Shown here piece after piece: positions 47,191 through 58,659 of a DNA stretch of 64,000 nt. The stretch's first letter is position 1, and the number at the start of each line of letters is the position of its first letter. The DNA comes from Guillardia theta CCMP2712. Lineage: Eukaryota; Protista; Cryptophyta. The translations under genes were made by a program, and so were the position numbers. The DNA is taken from the NCBI RefSeq assembly GCF_000315625.1, contig NW_005434657.1, positions 575,407 to 639,406 on the forward strand. Reading direction: 5' to 3'. Below the pieces are notes generated by a model. The model made no database searches. It was not told where the DNA came from and saw only the letters and a program-made list of their open reading frames with translations.

Positions 47191-48294
47191 TCACCAGTAT
47201 GGGTACGCGTCCGGCACCAGAAATGGTTGGAATGAGACATTGACGCATCCTTCTCCTCCCCTTGCGATCACTATGCTGAGATTCGATACGCTCGTGTAGC
47301 CGCTACCCGTGTCCACCAACTCCAAGCCGCTCAAAGACCCGTTCACGATGGCAAACCTGGCGCTGAAGCCGCTTCCTTGCCCGCCTGCTACCTCATGTTT
47401 CGCTACTAGCTCTCCTCCGTTGATGCAGCCCGACCCCGTACTCACGACATAGACGCTCAGCCCGTAGAACTCACCGGGAAAGATGTTCGATGCCGGCAGC
47501 GTCCAGGTCTGATAGGAGGCGTCTGAAAGAGGAAGAAGCTCCGGCGGGTTCTCATGCCAGGCTGGCAGGATGCTACCCGGGTAACAGCCTTGAGCAGAGC
47601 AGTTCACAGCTCTTCCTTGCATCCTCAAGTCCTCCTCGACATCCCAGTTGGGGACGAAGGAGATGGTTCCGTTGGTGTCGACTTGTTCTACAGAGCCGAA
47701 GATGCCATGATACATGTAAATGTTGTAAACTTGAGAAACTTTTCCTTGAACAACGATCGCGTCTGAGCTCGAATTACGCAAGGCAACATTGCTCACTGAG
47801 AAGAAGCCTCCTCCTTCAACTTTGATCCAGTATGACCATGGCGCAAGATTCACGGACACGGGGAAGTTGCATGCCCAGTCTGGAGGTTGTTCTGCGCAAG
47901 GGAACCTCGGGTCTTTGATGATTACGAGCGAAACATCTCGAGGGAGAAAGAGCTCAATGTTCTCGTTCATACCTCCAGAATATTGTCCTGCTCGTACAAA
48001 AATCACAGCCGAGGTTTTCAGTGACGAGTCTCCGCAGTAAGGGGCACATCTTCCTGGTTTCAGCCACCTCCTCAGGGCATATCGGAAGCTCTTGTAGGGA
48101 GAGATAGCCTCCCCGGTTCCCTCAGTGTCACTGCCTTGCTGGATGTCAACGAAGATGGGTTTGATGAGAGCTTTCTCAAGGTCTGAGAACAGCTGGTTGA
48201 CCACAGGGTCTGAGTTCTGATAGAGCAGCGAGCATGAATCATCCAGACATGCCGGGAACTGCGTCCATGAGCCTGTACAATGCAAGAGCAGCAC
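47191..48294 (-). CDS. Putative extracellular protein, uninterrupted 1.1-kb frame; start not resolved
   Basis: 367-codon non-repetitive ORF with a beta-helix-cap-like motif (GTGEAISPYKSFRYAL..IFVRAGQY) and a Gly-rich GSGFSARF..LVDTGSGYTS segment. Confidence 0.6.
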   Translation of the reverse strand: MLLLHCTGSWTQFPACLDDSCSLLYQNSDPVVNQLFSDLEKALIKPIFVDIQQGSDTEGTGEAISPYKSFRYALRRWLKPGRCAPYCGDSSLKTSAVIFVRAGQYSGGMNENIELFLPRDVSLVIIKDPRFPCAEQPPDWACNFPVSVNLAPWSYWIKVEGGGFFSVSNVALRNSSSDAIVVQGKVSQVYNIYMYHGIFGSVEQVDTNGTISFVPNWDVEEDLRMQGRAVNCSAQGCYPGSILPAWHENPPELLPLSDASYQTWTLPASNIFPGEFYGLSVYVVSTGSGCINGGELVAKHEVAGGQGSGFSARFAIVNGSLSGLELVDTGSGYTSVSNLSIVIARGGEGCVNVSFQPFLVPDAYPYW

Positions 48295-48977
48295 AAAACC
48301 AGCAACCCCCTCCCTCGCATCCGACCGCCGCCCGCCGAGTAGTTAGTGACTCTGATTGAGCCGCACTGCGAGTACGGTCCCCTGTCCGACGTAGACGGCT
48401 GAGTGAGCTGGGCTACCGTACCATGATCCCGCGCTGGGGCTTCAGCTGCTCCGACTGCCTCCCCCGTCCATGCCCGTCGCTTCCGATCTCGCCTGCCCCG
48501 GCGACCGACGGCCCGACGGTTGAACAGATCAGTCCGTTACAAAAACGTTACAACTGGTTCTCCCCCTTTATATGTGACTCGTAGGTTATACCAGAGATAG
48601 GACATACGCCTACAAGCTACTGCATAGCTTTCCTAAGACCAGAGGGTCTGGCAGACTACCCTCACTTTCAAAGCGCAACGTTGGGGTGGGCGATGACCTC
48701 ACTACCCCCATTTGTCGTGATGATTCATCTGAAACCCCTTCGAGGGAGGGTCTGAGGAGGGGTACACTAGATACTCGATCACGCCCTACCCCCCTACATT
48801 GACTCTGCGCAAGATCCTTGCCATGCAGCCTCTGTTGTAGTAGATAGTGCCCTGCGTGCAAACCTTGTGGATTCTTATCTTATCTCTTCTCCCTCAGCTC
48901 TCGTCCGCTCTTCCCTTCCTCTTGTCTTCTTTCCATTGCCTGTACTTTCTCCCTTCGCTTTCAACTTGTTCCAAGGG

Positions 48978-50087
48978 ATGCCAGCCAACAAGCAGAGCAA
49001 GCTGATGAAGGCTCTTTACCTCGTCACGGGCGTGATATACTTCGTGCTCAGCTTCGTCTTCATGTTTGTGAACTGCAACATAGTGCCAGTTCTTTCCCTC
49101 TTGTTCATCTCGGTCGCTTTTCCGAAATTGCACCAGCTCCTGCTCAGTTACCTTGCAGAACCTGCCTGGTTGACGCTGGTGTATTGGGGACATAGGATCG
49201 GTGGACTCACCCCGATCTTCACTGGAGAGGTAGATAATCTTCTGAAAAATTATCGTGGAAGCAAAGTTCTCATATCGAACCATGCATCCTTCACCGATTC
49301 TTTCTTAATCTTTGCTGTTGGTATCCTTTCGGGAGACGTTGGAAAGATACGGGCATTCGCCAAGAAATCTCTCGGGATCTATCTACCTGTCATGGGATGG
49401 TTCTGGAAGTTTCTGAACTTTGTGTTTCTTGAGAGAAAATTTGACAAGGACAAGGCAAATATTATAAAGCAGCTCAAAGCCCTTGCGGAGAAGTCGAAGC
49501 AACACAAATCTGGCTCGTTTTGGATTGTTATCTTCCCAGAGGGCACCCGACTTCGTCCGCAGAAGCTGAAAGAGTCACAGGAATACGCGAAAGAGAAGAA
49601 TCTGACAGTATTTCAGAATGTCCTCGTGCCCAGGATCAAAGGGTTTCAAATCACTCTCAACACTCTGCGAGAGGATGTGGACGGAGTCGTAGACCTCACC
49701 ATTGGATACCCGCAACTCGAGGACGACAAGAGAGTGCAGAAGGGAAAGATCCGTCCTTCTGTTCAGGATCTGCTGTTTGGTGGGGGGAAGAAATGGCATG
49801 TGCATGTGCATGTCCGTGTGATTCCTGTGAAGGAGATCCCGGAGGAGACTGAAGCAGTGCAAGATTGGATGATGAAGGTGTTTGAGGAGAAGGACAAGCT
49901 TCTCACTCACTTCAAGCAGCACGGTCATTTCCCTGGCGAAGTCTACAAGTACAAGAGTATCTCCATGTTTCAGGTTCTGGCGAATTTCTTTGGATTTGGC
50001 CTCGTTGCTGTTTCTGTTATGTACTTCCTGTCTGTTGGACTCCTGCCGACAATCGGCGGCTTGCTGCGCCTCGTCTGGTCGAAGTGA
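48978..50087 (+). CDS. Lysophospholipid acyltransferase (PlsC/AGPAT; LPAT2-5/LCLAT1-like), intronless
   Basis: NHASFTD (HxxxxD), FVFLERK, IFPEGTR, VLVPRIKGF, DLTIGY; hydrophobic helices at both ends. First ATG at 48978. Confidence 0.93.
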   Translation: MPANKQSKLMKALYLVTGVIYFVLSFVFMFVNCNIVPVLSLLFISVAFPKLHQLLLSYLAEPAWLTLVYWGHRIGGLTPIFTGEVDNLLKNYRGSKVLISNHASFTDSFLIFAVGILSGDVGKIRAFAKKSLGIYLPVMGWFWKFLNFVFLERKFDKDKANIIKQLKALAEKSKQHKSGSFWIVIFPEGTRLRPQKLKESQEYAKEKNLTVFQNVLVPRIKGFQITLNTLREDVDGVVDLTIGYPQLEDDKRVQKGKIRPSVQDLLFGGGKKWHVHVHVRVIPVKEIPEETEAVQDWMMKVFEEKDKLLTHFKQHGHFPGEVYKYKSISMFQVLANFFGFGLVAVSVMYFLSVGLLPTIGGLLRLVWSK

Positions 50088-52859
50088 AGTCAGATACGGT
50101 AGACGACACGTTTCTGCCCTTTGGTTGCCTCTGTGGACTACAATCATGCAACACCTTAGCATATTTCTTGCTGCTTGGGTGAAAGCGATGGTGATTGATG
50201 TCCATAGAAGTTTAGCCTTGGATCATTCCTTGCAACGGAAGGTTGGTGGTTATGCTCCAATACCTGCACTTCTTTCTTCTACTGCATTTCAAAGGCAGAG
50301 TGTGCAACACGAGGAAACTGGAGGGCTGAATGATTGTAGGCCCCAGTAGAGTACAACTTGCAACTGCGCGCGGCAATGGCTTTCACCCCATCTGACTTGA
50401 AGAATTGAGAGTCTTCACGTTTCACTAGTTTTGGATTCCTGGCAATGACAGTACGTCAAAAAATTATTAAAAACACTTCACTGAACTCAGTGTTAACTTG
50501 ATCATCATCATTAGTGGCAGCCGGGCGTCGCTCGGCCAGTCTTGACCTCGGCGGTTTAAGTCGGACTGAGCCTGCCAGTCACCAGCCGGGCGCGGCTGCC
50601 GCGGCCCGGGCGGCGCCGCCGAGTCACGCCCGAGTCCCGACCCACTGGGGCCGCGTGGCCCAGTGGCACCGCACCGGGCGACCCGGCCGGGCCCTGAGTC
50701 CCGGCGCCGAGTCACACTACGGCACGGTGACTAGCAGTGTCTTGTCACAGGCTCTTCTGAGTCTCCGTTTCAAGTTTGGCCAGTGCGACAGCCTGAGTGT
50801 CAAGAGTCACCGGCAGCGCCGCGGGTGCCTGTACTACCGTACCCGGCCAGTCCGACGACAGGCTCCGAGGCTTCCGAAGTTCCGACGCGCTGAGACTGTT
50901 CGACTAGCATGCCAGTGCTAGTCTGGGTAAAACATCTGTTATAGGCTGCAACAGATGTCCCTACAACAAGCTGTACCACTCACGTTTAAAACTATTGAAA
51001 AACTTTTGTACAATTTTTTTATAGTAAATTTTCATACGACTCAAAAATACATTTTTGAAACTCGGTACGCTTTCAGCTTGCTGGACACGTCGATTACAAG
51101 CAATTATATATCACAACCTACCTGCCTGTGAGATGGATTCACCCTATAACCCCTTGCATGGACCAAAGTGTTTCAATTCACCCTATATTTTTCCAAATCT
51201 CATACCCCCTACCTACTGCATCAAGGACTACCGGTGTAATATCAGACAAATGGACCCCTCTGAGCCCTTTGAAAAAGGTCAGGACAATTTAAGAACCCCC
51301 ATATCTCATGCTCATTTGCTAAACACCCACCCCCTTCAACTATGACCCCCTCAAAGACTGTCCCGCCTAGCTGTGAGGGTGGTCTTTTCCTCTGCAAAGA
51401 CATGGTCGACCACCCTGTCTTCTACCACCACTCTTTCTTACCTCCTTAGGACCCGTGATCCAATCTTTCTATAGGCCCCCGTGCAGGAACCCCTCCAAAG
51501 ATTGCCACTACCCTCATTTGAAAGAATCACCCCCAGAATACGCTTTCAGTACCCCACCTTTTCATAGTTCTACTTGTCCACCCACCACTGATTACCCCTT
51601 TGAATTCCCCCCCACCCCATTCTCTGGTTTATAACTCTATGTTTCCTTCTGTAGGGTAGGGCTTGAAGATGTGAGGGTAGACATACCGCGAGAGAGATGA
51701 AGGGGGGTGGTACTCGAACACCTCTAAGTGTACCGGTACATCTAGATCAAACTATTGGTCAAGTACCCGGTAGTTTCTCGTTTCATCCTCAATTGCCAGC
51801 TCAATGGAGGGGTAGAGACCCGAGCAGGTATATTATAGATGAAAATGGGGTGGGTAGTGGGTCTTGGTTGGGGTTCTTATGATAGCTACAAGCAGGGTAG
51901 GGTAGGGAGACCTGAAGAAGTGTTACCTTGGAAGGGGGTAGGGTTGTGGAGAGGCCAAGGGTAGGGTGGTGGTGGTTGGGGTTAAAGCCCAAGAGAGTCA
52001 AACGGGGTGGGTGATGCTGTAGGTTTGTGGAGTCGCAGAGCTCTTGGGGTGGGGTAGAGGAAGGGTATTTGGGGGGTGAATTGAAATTTGTTGATTACCA
52101 TCGGGGGTAAGGGGTGCGAATCATAGTCTATTGCAGACAATAGGTGGGTAGTGGGTAAGGGGGTACTACAGGGGTGGGTGTACGAAGCAAGGGTGGTGAA
52201 TATCGAAGGAATAGGGGGTGGGGGTGGAATAAGGGGGTGGGGGCTGTCGGGCGAAGTTTCGTTAGCAGAGGGGAAAAAAGAAGAAAAAAGTGAAAAAAAA
52301 CTCACAGAGAAAAACTCAGACAAGCAAATGATAGTTACAAGAAGAGAAAGCAAGAAGAGAGAGAGCAAGAAACGATGAGGTGAATTGGAGCGAAGGGAGG
52401 AGGAAGGAGGTGCAAGTGCAAGAGGAAGGGAATACGGTCAGAGGATTTGCAGTTTCCTTGTCTCCCACTTTGAAACAGAGAGGAGCAGGAAGGAAATTTA
52501 GGTATGGGATGGGAGGTTGGAACGATGATAAGGTTGATAACTAGTAATCTAGCTTGGATTGATTGTTGTCAGCTACAACCCTTGCTCATTGTCTTGTTGT
52601 CTGCAGGCTTCTTGTGGTTCAAGGCTGAGGAACCTGCACCGAGTGCCCCGCAGCTTCCAGTCATGTTTTTTTGTCTCACCCGTATCTGACTTGACGACTC
52701 GGTCAGGCAGTGAGTTGGACAGCTGAATTACTGTTTTGTGCTTCGGAGGTTCTGGTTGATCTTTTGTTGGGTTGTTGGGGTCAGGGGACAGGAGATGAGG
52801 TCGAGGAACATTTCTGGCAAGTCAAGCTGCTGCATCTTGTCGTGGTGAAACAGTTCTCA

Positions 52860-55800
52860 ATGCTTCTCAAAGGGACCTCTGTTGCCTTTCTTCTCGTTTC
52901 GCTTGTCGCTGTTGTCGCAAACTTGATTCCTTCGGAGTCACTGGATTTGCAGCATGCCAGAAGCGAAAGCAAGGACTCCTTGTCTTTCATGGGCCCTCGA
53001 CCGCTGCATGACACGTACATGAGCTTGCTTTGTACTTTGATGCAATAGTCTTGACTATAGTTGCAGGGCTGTGGTGATTCTGAACACGATTGATGGAGGA
53101 ATTTTTGCTCTTGATGCCTCTACAGGAGCATTGAGGTGGACCAAGTCATCGGGGGAAGCAGTTGCACGAGCATCTCCGAGCTTTGGATATCAGGATAATG
53201 CGAATACAGACGGAGAATCAGAGGCAGTCGGGAACCAAGGTGCTGCTGGAGGAAAAGAAACCGTCTCAAGTGAAGGGGAGGATGCCAGTTCGTCGGAGAA
53301 CAAAACGTATGGGTCGGAGTTGTTCCATCAGAATCCTATGGACGCAAATTGGAAGTTTCAGCAGGAAGAAGAGTCTGACTTTGACATCATCCCGCTCTAT
53401 GCACCGGGAGGTGGCTTGCTCACAGTGTCGAATGGCGTGATGGAGCCCTTCGGGTTGCGTGCAAATGAAATAGTCGATCAGTCTCCGTTTGTTGACAACG
53501 GTGTGGTGGTGGTTGGCAGCAAGAGCACCAAGTTGTATGCTATAGATCCTGAGACAGGTCAGACCTCATGGACGCATTTCGACAAAGTGGAGGATGAGCA
53601 ATGCAATAGCGCAAACCCCGATGCAGACACACTGATAATAACTCGATCTGAATACAGCTTGAAGGTCAGAAACGCTAAGACTGGTGCGCATAGTTGGAAT
53701 GTTTCTATCGCCGAATTTCGAGCCCACGGTCCACATTCGAAGCATGATCACTTCAAAGGTGAGAGCATCTGCTATCTGTGCGTGAGGACTGTAACGGACA
53801 CTTCGTGTCGTTGCAGGTGTTCAACTTCCTGTGCTCGTCAGTGGCAGCAGAGTGGGTGGAAAAGAAATTCAGTGTTATGACTCGCGGTCAGGAGAACTCC
53901 TTTGGATTTACAGCCTCCCTTCTACTGCGATCTGTGCGCATGTATGGGAGATGCAGCATGCATTGGAGTTGCCTCTTTACGCGGACGAGGACGTCCTGAT
54001 GAGAAGCCCAGGAGGGTTGAAAGTAGGAAGGCATGGAGGAGCGCTGTTTGCAAGAGTGACTCCTCCACCGATGATTCCACTCCTTGTTGCAGAGAGTGTT
54101 GAAAATACAGCGAAAGATCGCTACGGTCTCGAGCCGCCAAGGGTTGGTGGTTTGATGCCATCCGATCCAGCAAGAGGAAGTGAAGTCATCTCGTTGCAGG
54201 ATTCTCTCGCTGAAAAGAACGAGCAAGGGATATTTGTCACTGGAGCTCTTGTGCGGATGAGCAGCGATCTGTCTGAACCTGCAGCCAATCCTTGCAGGAA
54301 AGGCTCCAAGGACTATCCGCAATGCCTTGTGGGTTCATATGCAGTGCGAGAAGACGTTCGTGAGATGCTGAACTATGGAATGAAGCGGATTGACCGTCCG
54401 CCACAAGATGTCGAAACGAAATGGGATGAGCGTTTGGATCCCAGATTTGGAGCTCAAGGCATTCTGTCCGGGTCTGAATCTGTTTTCTTGGCGAGCCCGC
54501 GACGCCTGGGCTATTCTGAATTCTCAATCTTCATTGCTGCCGTTGGCCTCGTGTGGCTCGGATGGGTGTTGAGAAACGTCTTCGATCGGTCCCCGTATCC
54601 TAGAGAATCGGATGTTTCCAACAGCGACCTCCGTGACATGTGTCCTCTCGACGAGGTTCCGCTCAATGGGGGAGGAGAGAATGCTCTTTCCAAGGCCACC
54701 ACTGTCGGGGATTTTCCTGCGGCCGAGACCGAGAGCGATGCCTCCGCTGCATTGAAGTCCATGAGTAACCAGGACAGCTCAGAGGAGGAGGAGGAGGATT
54801 TCGACTCCGAGCCCTTCAACTCCAGCGCGGACGTGGTTCGCACTTCCTCAAGCCAGTCCGCCAAGGCGACTCAGTCCAAGATCTCAGCAGCATCCACTAA
54901 GGCAGCTGCGAGCAACCCTTCGCACAAGCCTAAGCTTTTCATCCCCACGTTAGGAGGGGACATGCTGCGGTATGGCTGCGCAAGTACGTTCGAGAGTCTT
55001 TGCCAGGACATCGACGATGAGCGAGTGTCAGGCAAGGCTAGAGTGAGAGATCTGTCAAGAGAAACCTCCGACGAAGACAGCTCTTGGGACGAGTCGAGGC
55101 TTAGAAACAACAGCTGGGACGATGACGATAGGAGGCAGCGAAGCATCAGCCTGGGCTCGAAGTGGAGTGTGCAGAAGGATCTTGATGAAGTGATGAGGTC
55201 CGAGTACTCCAAGGCGACCAAGACGGCCAGTGCTCCCAACAGCCCGAAGATTCCTCCTGCAAGCCCAGGTTTCTTTCGGCAGAACCAGGAGTCTCGATAC
55301 ACCACCGACTTCGAGGAGCTTGGCAAGATCGGCAGAGGAGCGTTTGGATGCGTATTCCGTGTGAGGCAGCGCCTGGACGAGCGAGAGTACGCGGTGAAGA
55401 AGATCCGACTGGACAAGGACGAGAAGAGCGCAGATAACCAGCGGATCATGCGAGAAGTTCGTTGCTTCTCCATCTTGAGCGACCACCCCAAGATCGTGCG
55501 TTACTACGGGACGTGGCAGGAGACGGAGATGCCGAGCCCCAAGGACAAGTCGCTCGGCGACAGCGGGTCGTTGGCTGACACGACGTGGGACGCGTCTTCC
55601 AATCTGTTTGGAGAAGAATCGGATATGACCAAGATGTCTTGCTGCGAGGAGCCCGTGAACTGGCTCTACATCCAGATGGAGCTGTGCAACACTTCGTTGC
55701 GGCAGCTGCTCAACTCGGAGAGGTGGGAGGTGAACCTGGAGGTGGTGCGGAGGTACCTGAGGGATGTGACGGAAGGGCTCACGCACATTCACTCGCTGCA

Positions 55801-56554
55801 GTACATCCATCGGGACATCAAGCCTGACAACATCTTCATCGTCAACAATGTGGCGAAACTCGGCGACTTCGGGCTGAGCTGCAAGACCAACTCAGACCTG
55901 GTCGACATTGCCGCTGAATCCTCGCTCGGGATTGTGCACGAGGACGAGGAAGGTGCGGGGGGCGAGGAGCTGACCAGAGCCTGCGGGACGAGGATGTACT
56001 TCAGTCCTGAGCTGGAGCACAGCGGGATCTACAACGAGATGGTGGACATGTACGCGCTGGGGATTGTGACGTTCGAGATGCTTCACAGTTTCAAGACGGG
56101 GATGGAGAGGATCAAAGTGATAGAGAAGCTCAAGAGCTCGATGTGCTCCCCTGCCGCCTCTGCCTTCGCTGCCATGCCCATGGACTCCGTGTTTGGTCCC
56201 TTGACGAGGCGACGGAGGGAGTGGAAGGACGCCAACGTCAGCGAGGCGATCGCCAAGATCGCGCTTCCGCAGGAGCTGTTCGACCTGCAGAAGGACTATG
56301 AGTTTGAGTTCCTCCTCATCCTCCGACTGCTGGGCGAGAAGCCGAGGACGAGGATGACGGCCAAGCACATGTCGGACCTCCTCCGGATGAAGGTGCAGGA
56401 GGCTGAGCACGCAGACAAGTTCCCTTGGGCTGACGCGCATCTGCGGCTGGAGAAGACAACGTCAATGTCCCCCAAGCACGTGGCATCTGTGGGGGACCTG
56501 CGGAGTCTGAGCAAGTCGGAGCGAGGGACGCGAGTACAGACGTCATGGAGCTGA
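52860..56554 (+). CDS. PERK-like transmembrane eIF2-alpha kinase (signal peptide, IRE1/PERK-type luminal domain, TM, eIF2AK kinase with insert), 3 exons
   Basis: MLLKGTSVAFLLVSLVAVVA; VILNTIDGGIFALDASTGALRW; VDQSPF..VGSKSTKLYAIDPETG; TM FSIFIAAVGLVWLGWVL; SRYTTDFEELGKIGRGAFG, YAVKKIRL, HPKIVRYY, LYIQMELC, HRDIKPDNIF, DFG, GTRMYFSPE, DMYALG, TGMER. Confidence 0.9.
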
Positions 56555-57026
56555 CGAGGAGGAGGAGCCTCGTGTGATTGTAGGGAGTTGCTTCCTGGTG
56601 TGCTTCTAGTGTAAATACGACACTTGTTCTAGTGACCCTCCCTTGTCTTGTCTGCCCTTCCCCCTCCTGGAGGTAGCGCAACGTGCAATACGCTCACACA
56701 ACTACTTGCGCTTATAGAACGTTTTCTATCGTGTAGCATGCATGCTCTTAGAGTAGGTGCCTCCTCCTTCAGAGTCTCCTCCTCCAGAGCCTCCTCCTGC
56801 TCCTCTCTCCTTTCATTCACCGATCTCTTCTCCATCTCCATACCTGTTCGGCCTGTCGTTTGCCGCACAAGCTAACACCACAAGAAGCTCGTCTGAATTC
56901 ATTTGCCCGATGAGTGACAATTTTCGTGATGCTCCCTTCAGATATTCAAACTTTCGAGAGAAATTTGAACTTTCAAACGAAAAGAATCAGTTTCAAAAAC
57001 AGAATTGACTAGTAGTAGCTAGGGGC

Positions 57027-58580
57027 ATGGCTGCTCACTGTCGCTCCTCCTCCTCCTCCTCCTCCTCCTCCTCCTCTCCATCTGTCTCTCCCTCGCCCTC
57101 CTTCTCTCCTCCTCCTCTTCTCCCTTCGTGTTCTCCCTGTCCGACTGCGAGCCCTCCTGCCCGATCCTCCCGGTCCCCCTCCGTCAAGTCCCAACCTCTC
57201 CGGTCGCGGTCGGCGCGTCAGAGTGGCGCATTGCGTTCGTTCATCGCTTCTGTCCATCCGCGGTCTTCGCTCCTCCTCGCCTCCTCCATGCCAACGTCTC
57301 CTCCCGATGCTTCCTCTGACTCTTCTCCCTCTCCCTCTCCCTCTTCCTCTCCCTCTTCCTCGCGGCGGCACTCCAGCCAACATTCGCAGCCTCATCGAGG
57401 AGAAGTGGAAGGCGAGGATGAGGTGGGGGAACTAAGAAGGAAAGTCGAAGGGCTGAAGAGATCGAACGTGAGGCTGCAAGCTAAGCTGCAGATGTCTCAG
57501 TGTCTGGTATGACTTCAACTCTCCTCATGGCCTCTCACATCCCGTGCGCCAAGTCACCTCAAGCCTTTGCTGAGCGAGAGGAGACGATAAAGCGGCTGAG
57601 GCTGCAGGTAGAAACGCTCGACAAGGAGAACAAACGGCTCAAGACACAGGCGAAGATCTCGCAAGACAGACTGAAGCGAATGATGGAGGAGAAGAGCAAC
57701 CAGTCGGTCTACTTGTCACGATCATGCTAAACTCACCAGCTGCCAGGCACCCGCGCGAGGCTGCTAGAGGAAGAGGAAGCGACGTACAAGCGGGAGGGGG
57801 GAAGGAGGTGAGGGAAGTCTTCCTCCAAGTCCGCCTTGACGTGTCGCAAGGCGAGTCGTGGAGCTAAAGGCGTAGGGAGCTCGATGGCGGAGAAGCGGGT
57901 GAATGCGATGGAGCAGACAACAAGAGGCCTGGAGCGAGTTTTGACTGCTCTAGAGGTTCTGATCTCGTTCTACCTGAGGAGAGAGATGAACGTTTGACGT
58001 CAGAGCTGCTGGAGGAGCCAAGTGAACGATCTGCACGTGAAGCTGACAGAAAGAGACAAGGTTCGATTTCATCACGCTGAGATGTCATTCGAAAATGATG
58101 CTGATGATTTTTTAATATGCAATCGAGATTATGATCTAAGATTAACATGTGTGATTGCAATCATGACATGTGTGATATCTATGTGAAGATAACATGTGTG
58201 ATTGTTATGATGACATGGCAGAGCTGTCGCTGGGTAATGTCATGATGACATTCATGATGTTGTCAATCGATAATTTCATTGTACATGCTGTGACTGTCGA
58301 CATGATTGTGACTATCCCGCATTGCAACAAGAGAAGACTGAGGTTGTACACGTAGGAGGTTAAGGGCCTGAAGGAGATGCTCTCTTCCTCTCTCAAGGTC
58401 TTGTCTCCCTCCTCCTCCTCCTCCTCCTCCTCCTCCTCCTCCTCCTCCTCCTCCTCCTCCTCCTCCTCCTCCTCCTCCTCCTCCTCCTCGCTCTCACCGT
58501 CTCACAGAGAGAGTCGATCCTCCTCTTCGTGCGGACTCAAGAGCTGTCGGCAAGCACAAGAGAGAAGAGATGATATGAAA
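57027..58580 (+). CDS. Hypothetical Ser-rich/coiled-coil protein, multi-exon; 3' end approximate
   Basis: Ser/Pro-rich N-terminus, then EVGELRRKVEGLKRSNVRLQAKL and AEREETIKRLRLQVETLDKENKRLK. Confidence 0.55.
58409..58489. repeat. (CCT)n microsatellite, intronic
   Basis: About 26 copies. Confidence 0.95.
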
Positions 58581-58659
58581 TTTACAACTACTGTGTCTAT
58601 CACATACACTCCCTCCCTTCATCACTCTCTCCTTCTCTGTCGCTCCTCCTCTCTTCTTC

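Noticed and set aside
52860-56554. IRE1 call for the transmembrane kinase
   Set aside because: Kinase motifs are eIF2AK-type and no KEN ribonuclease domain precedes the stop.
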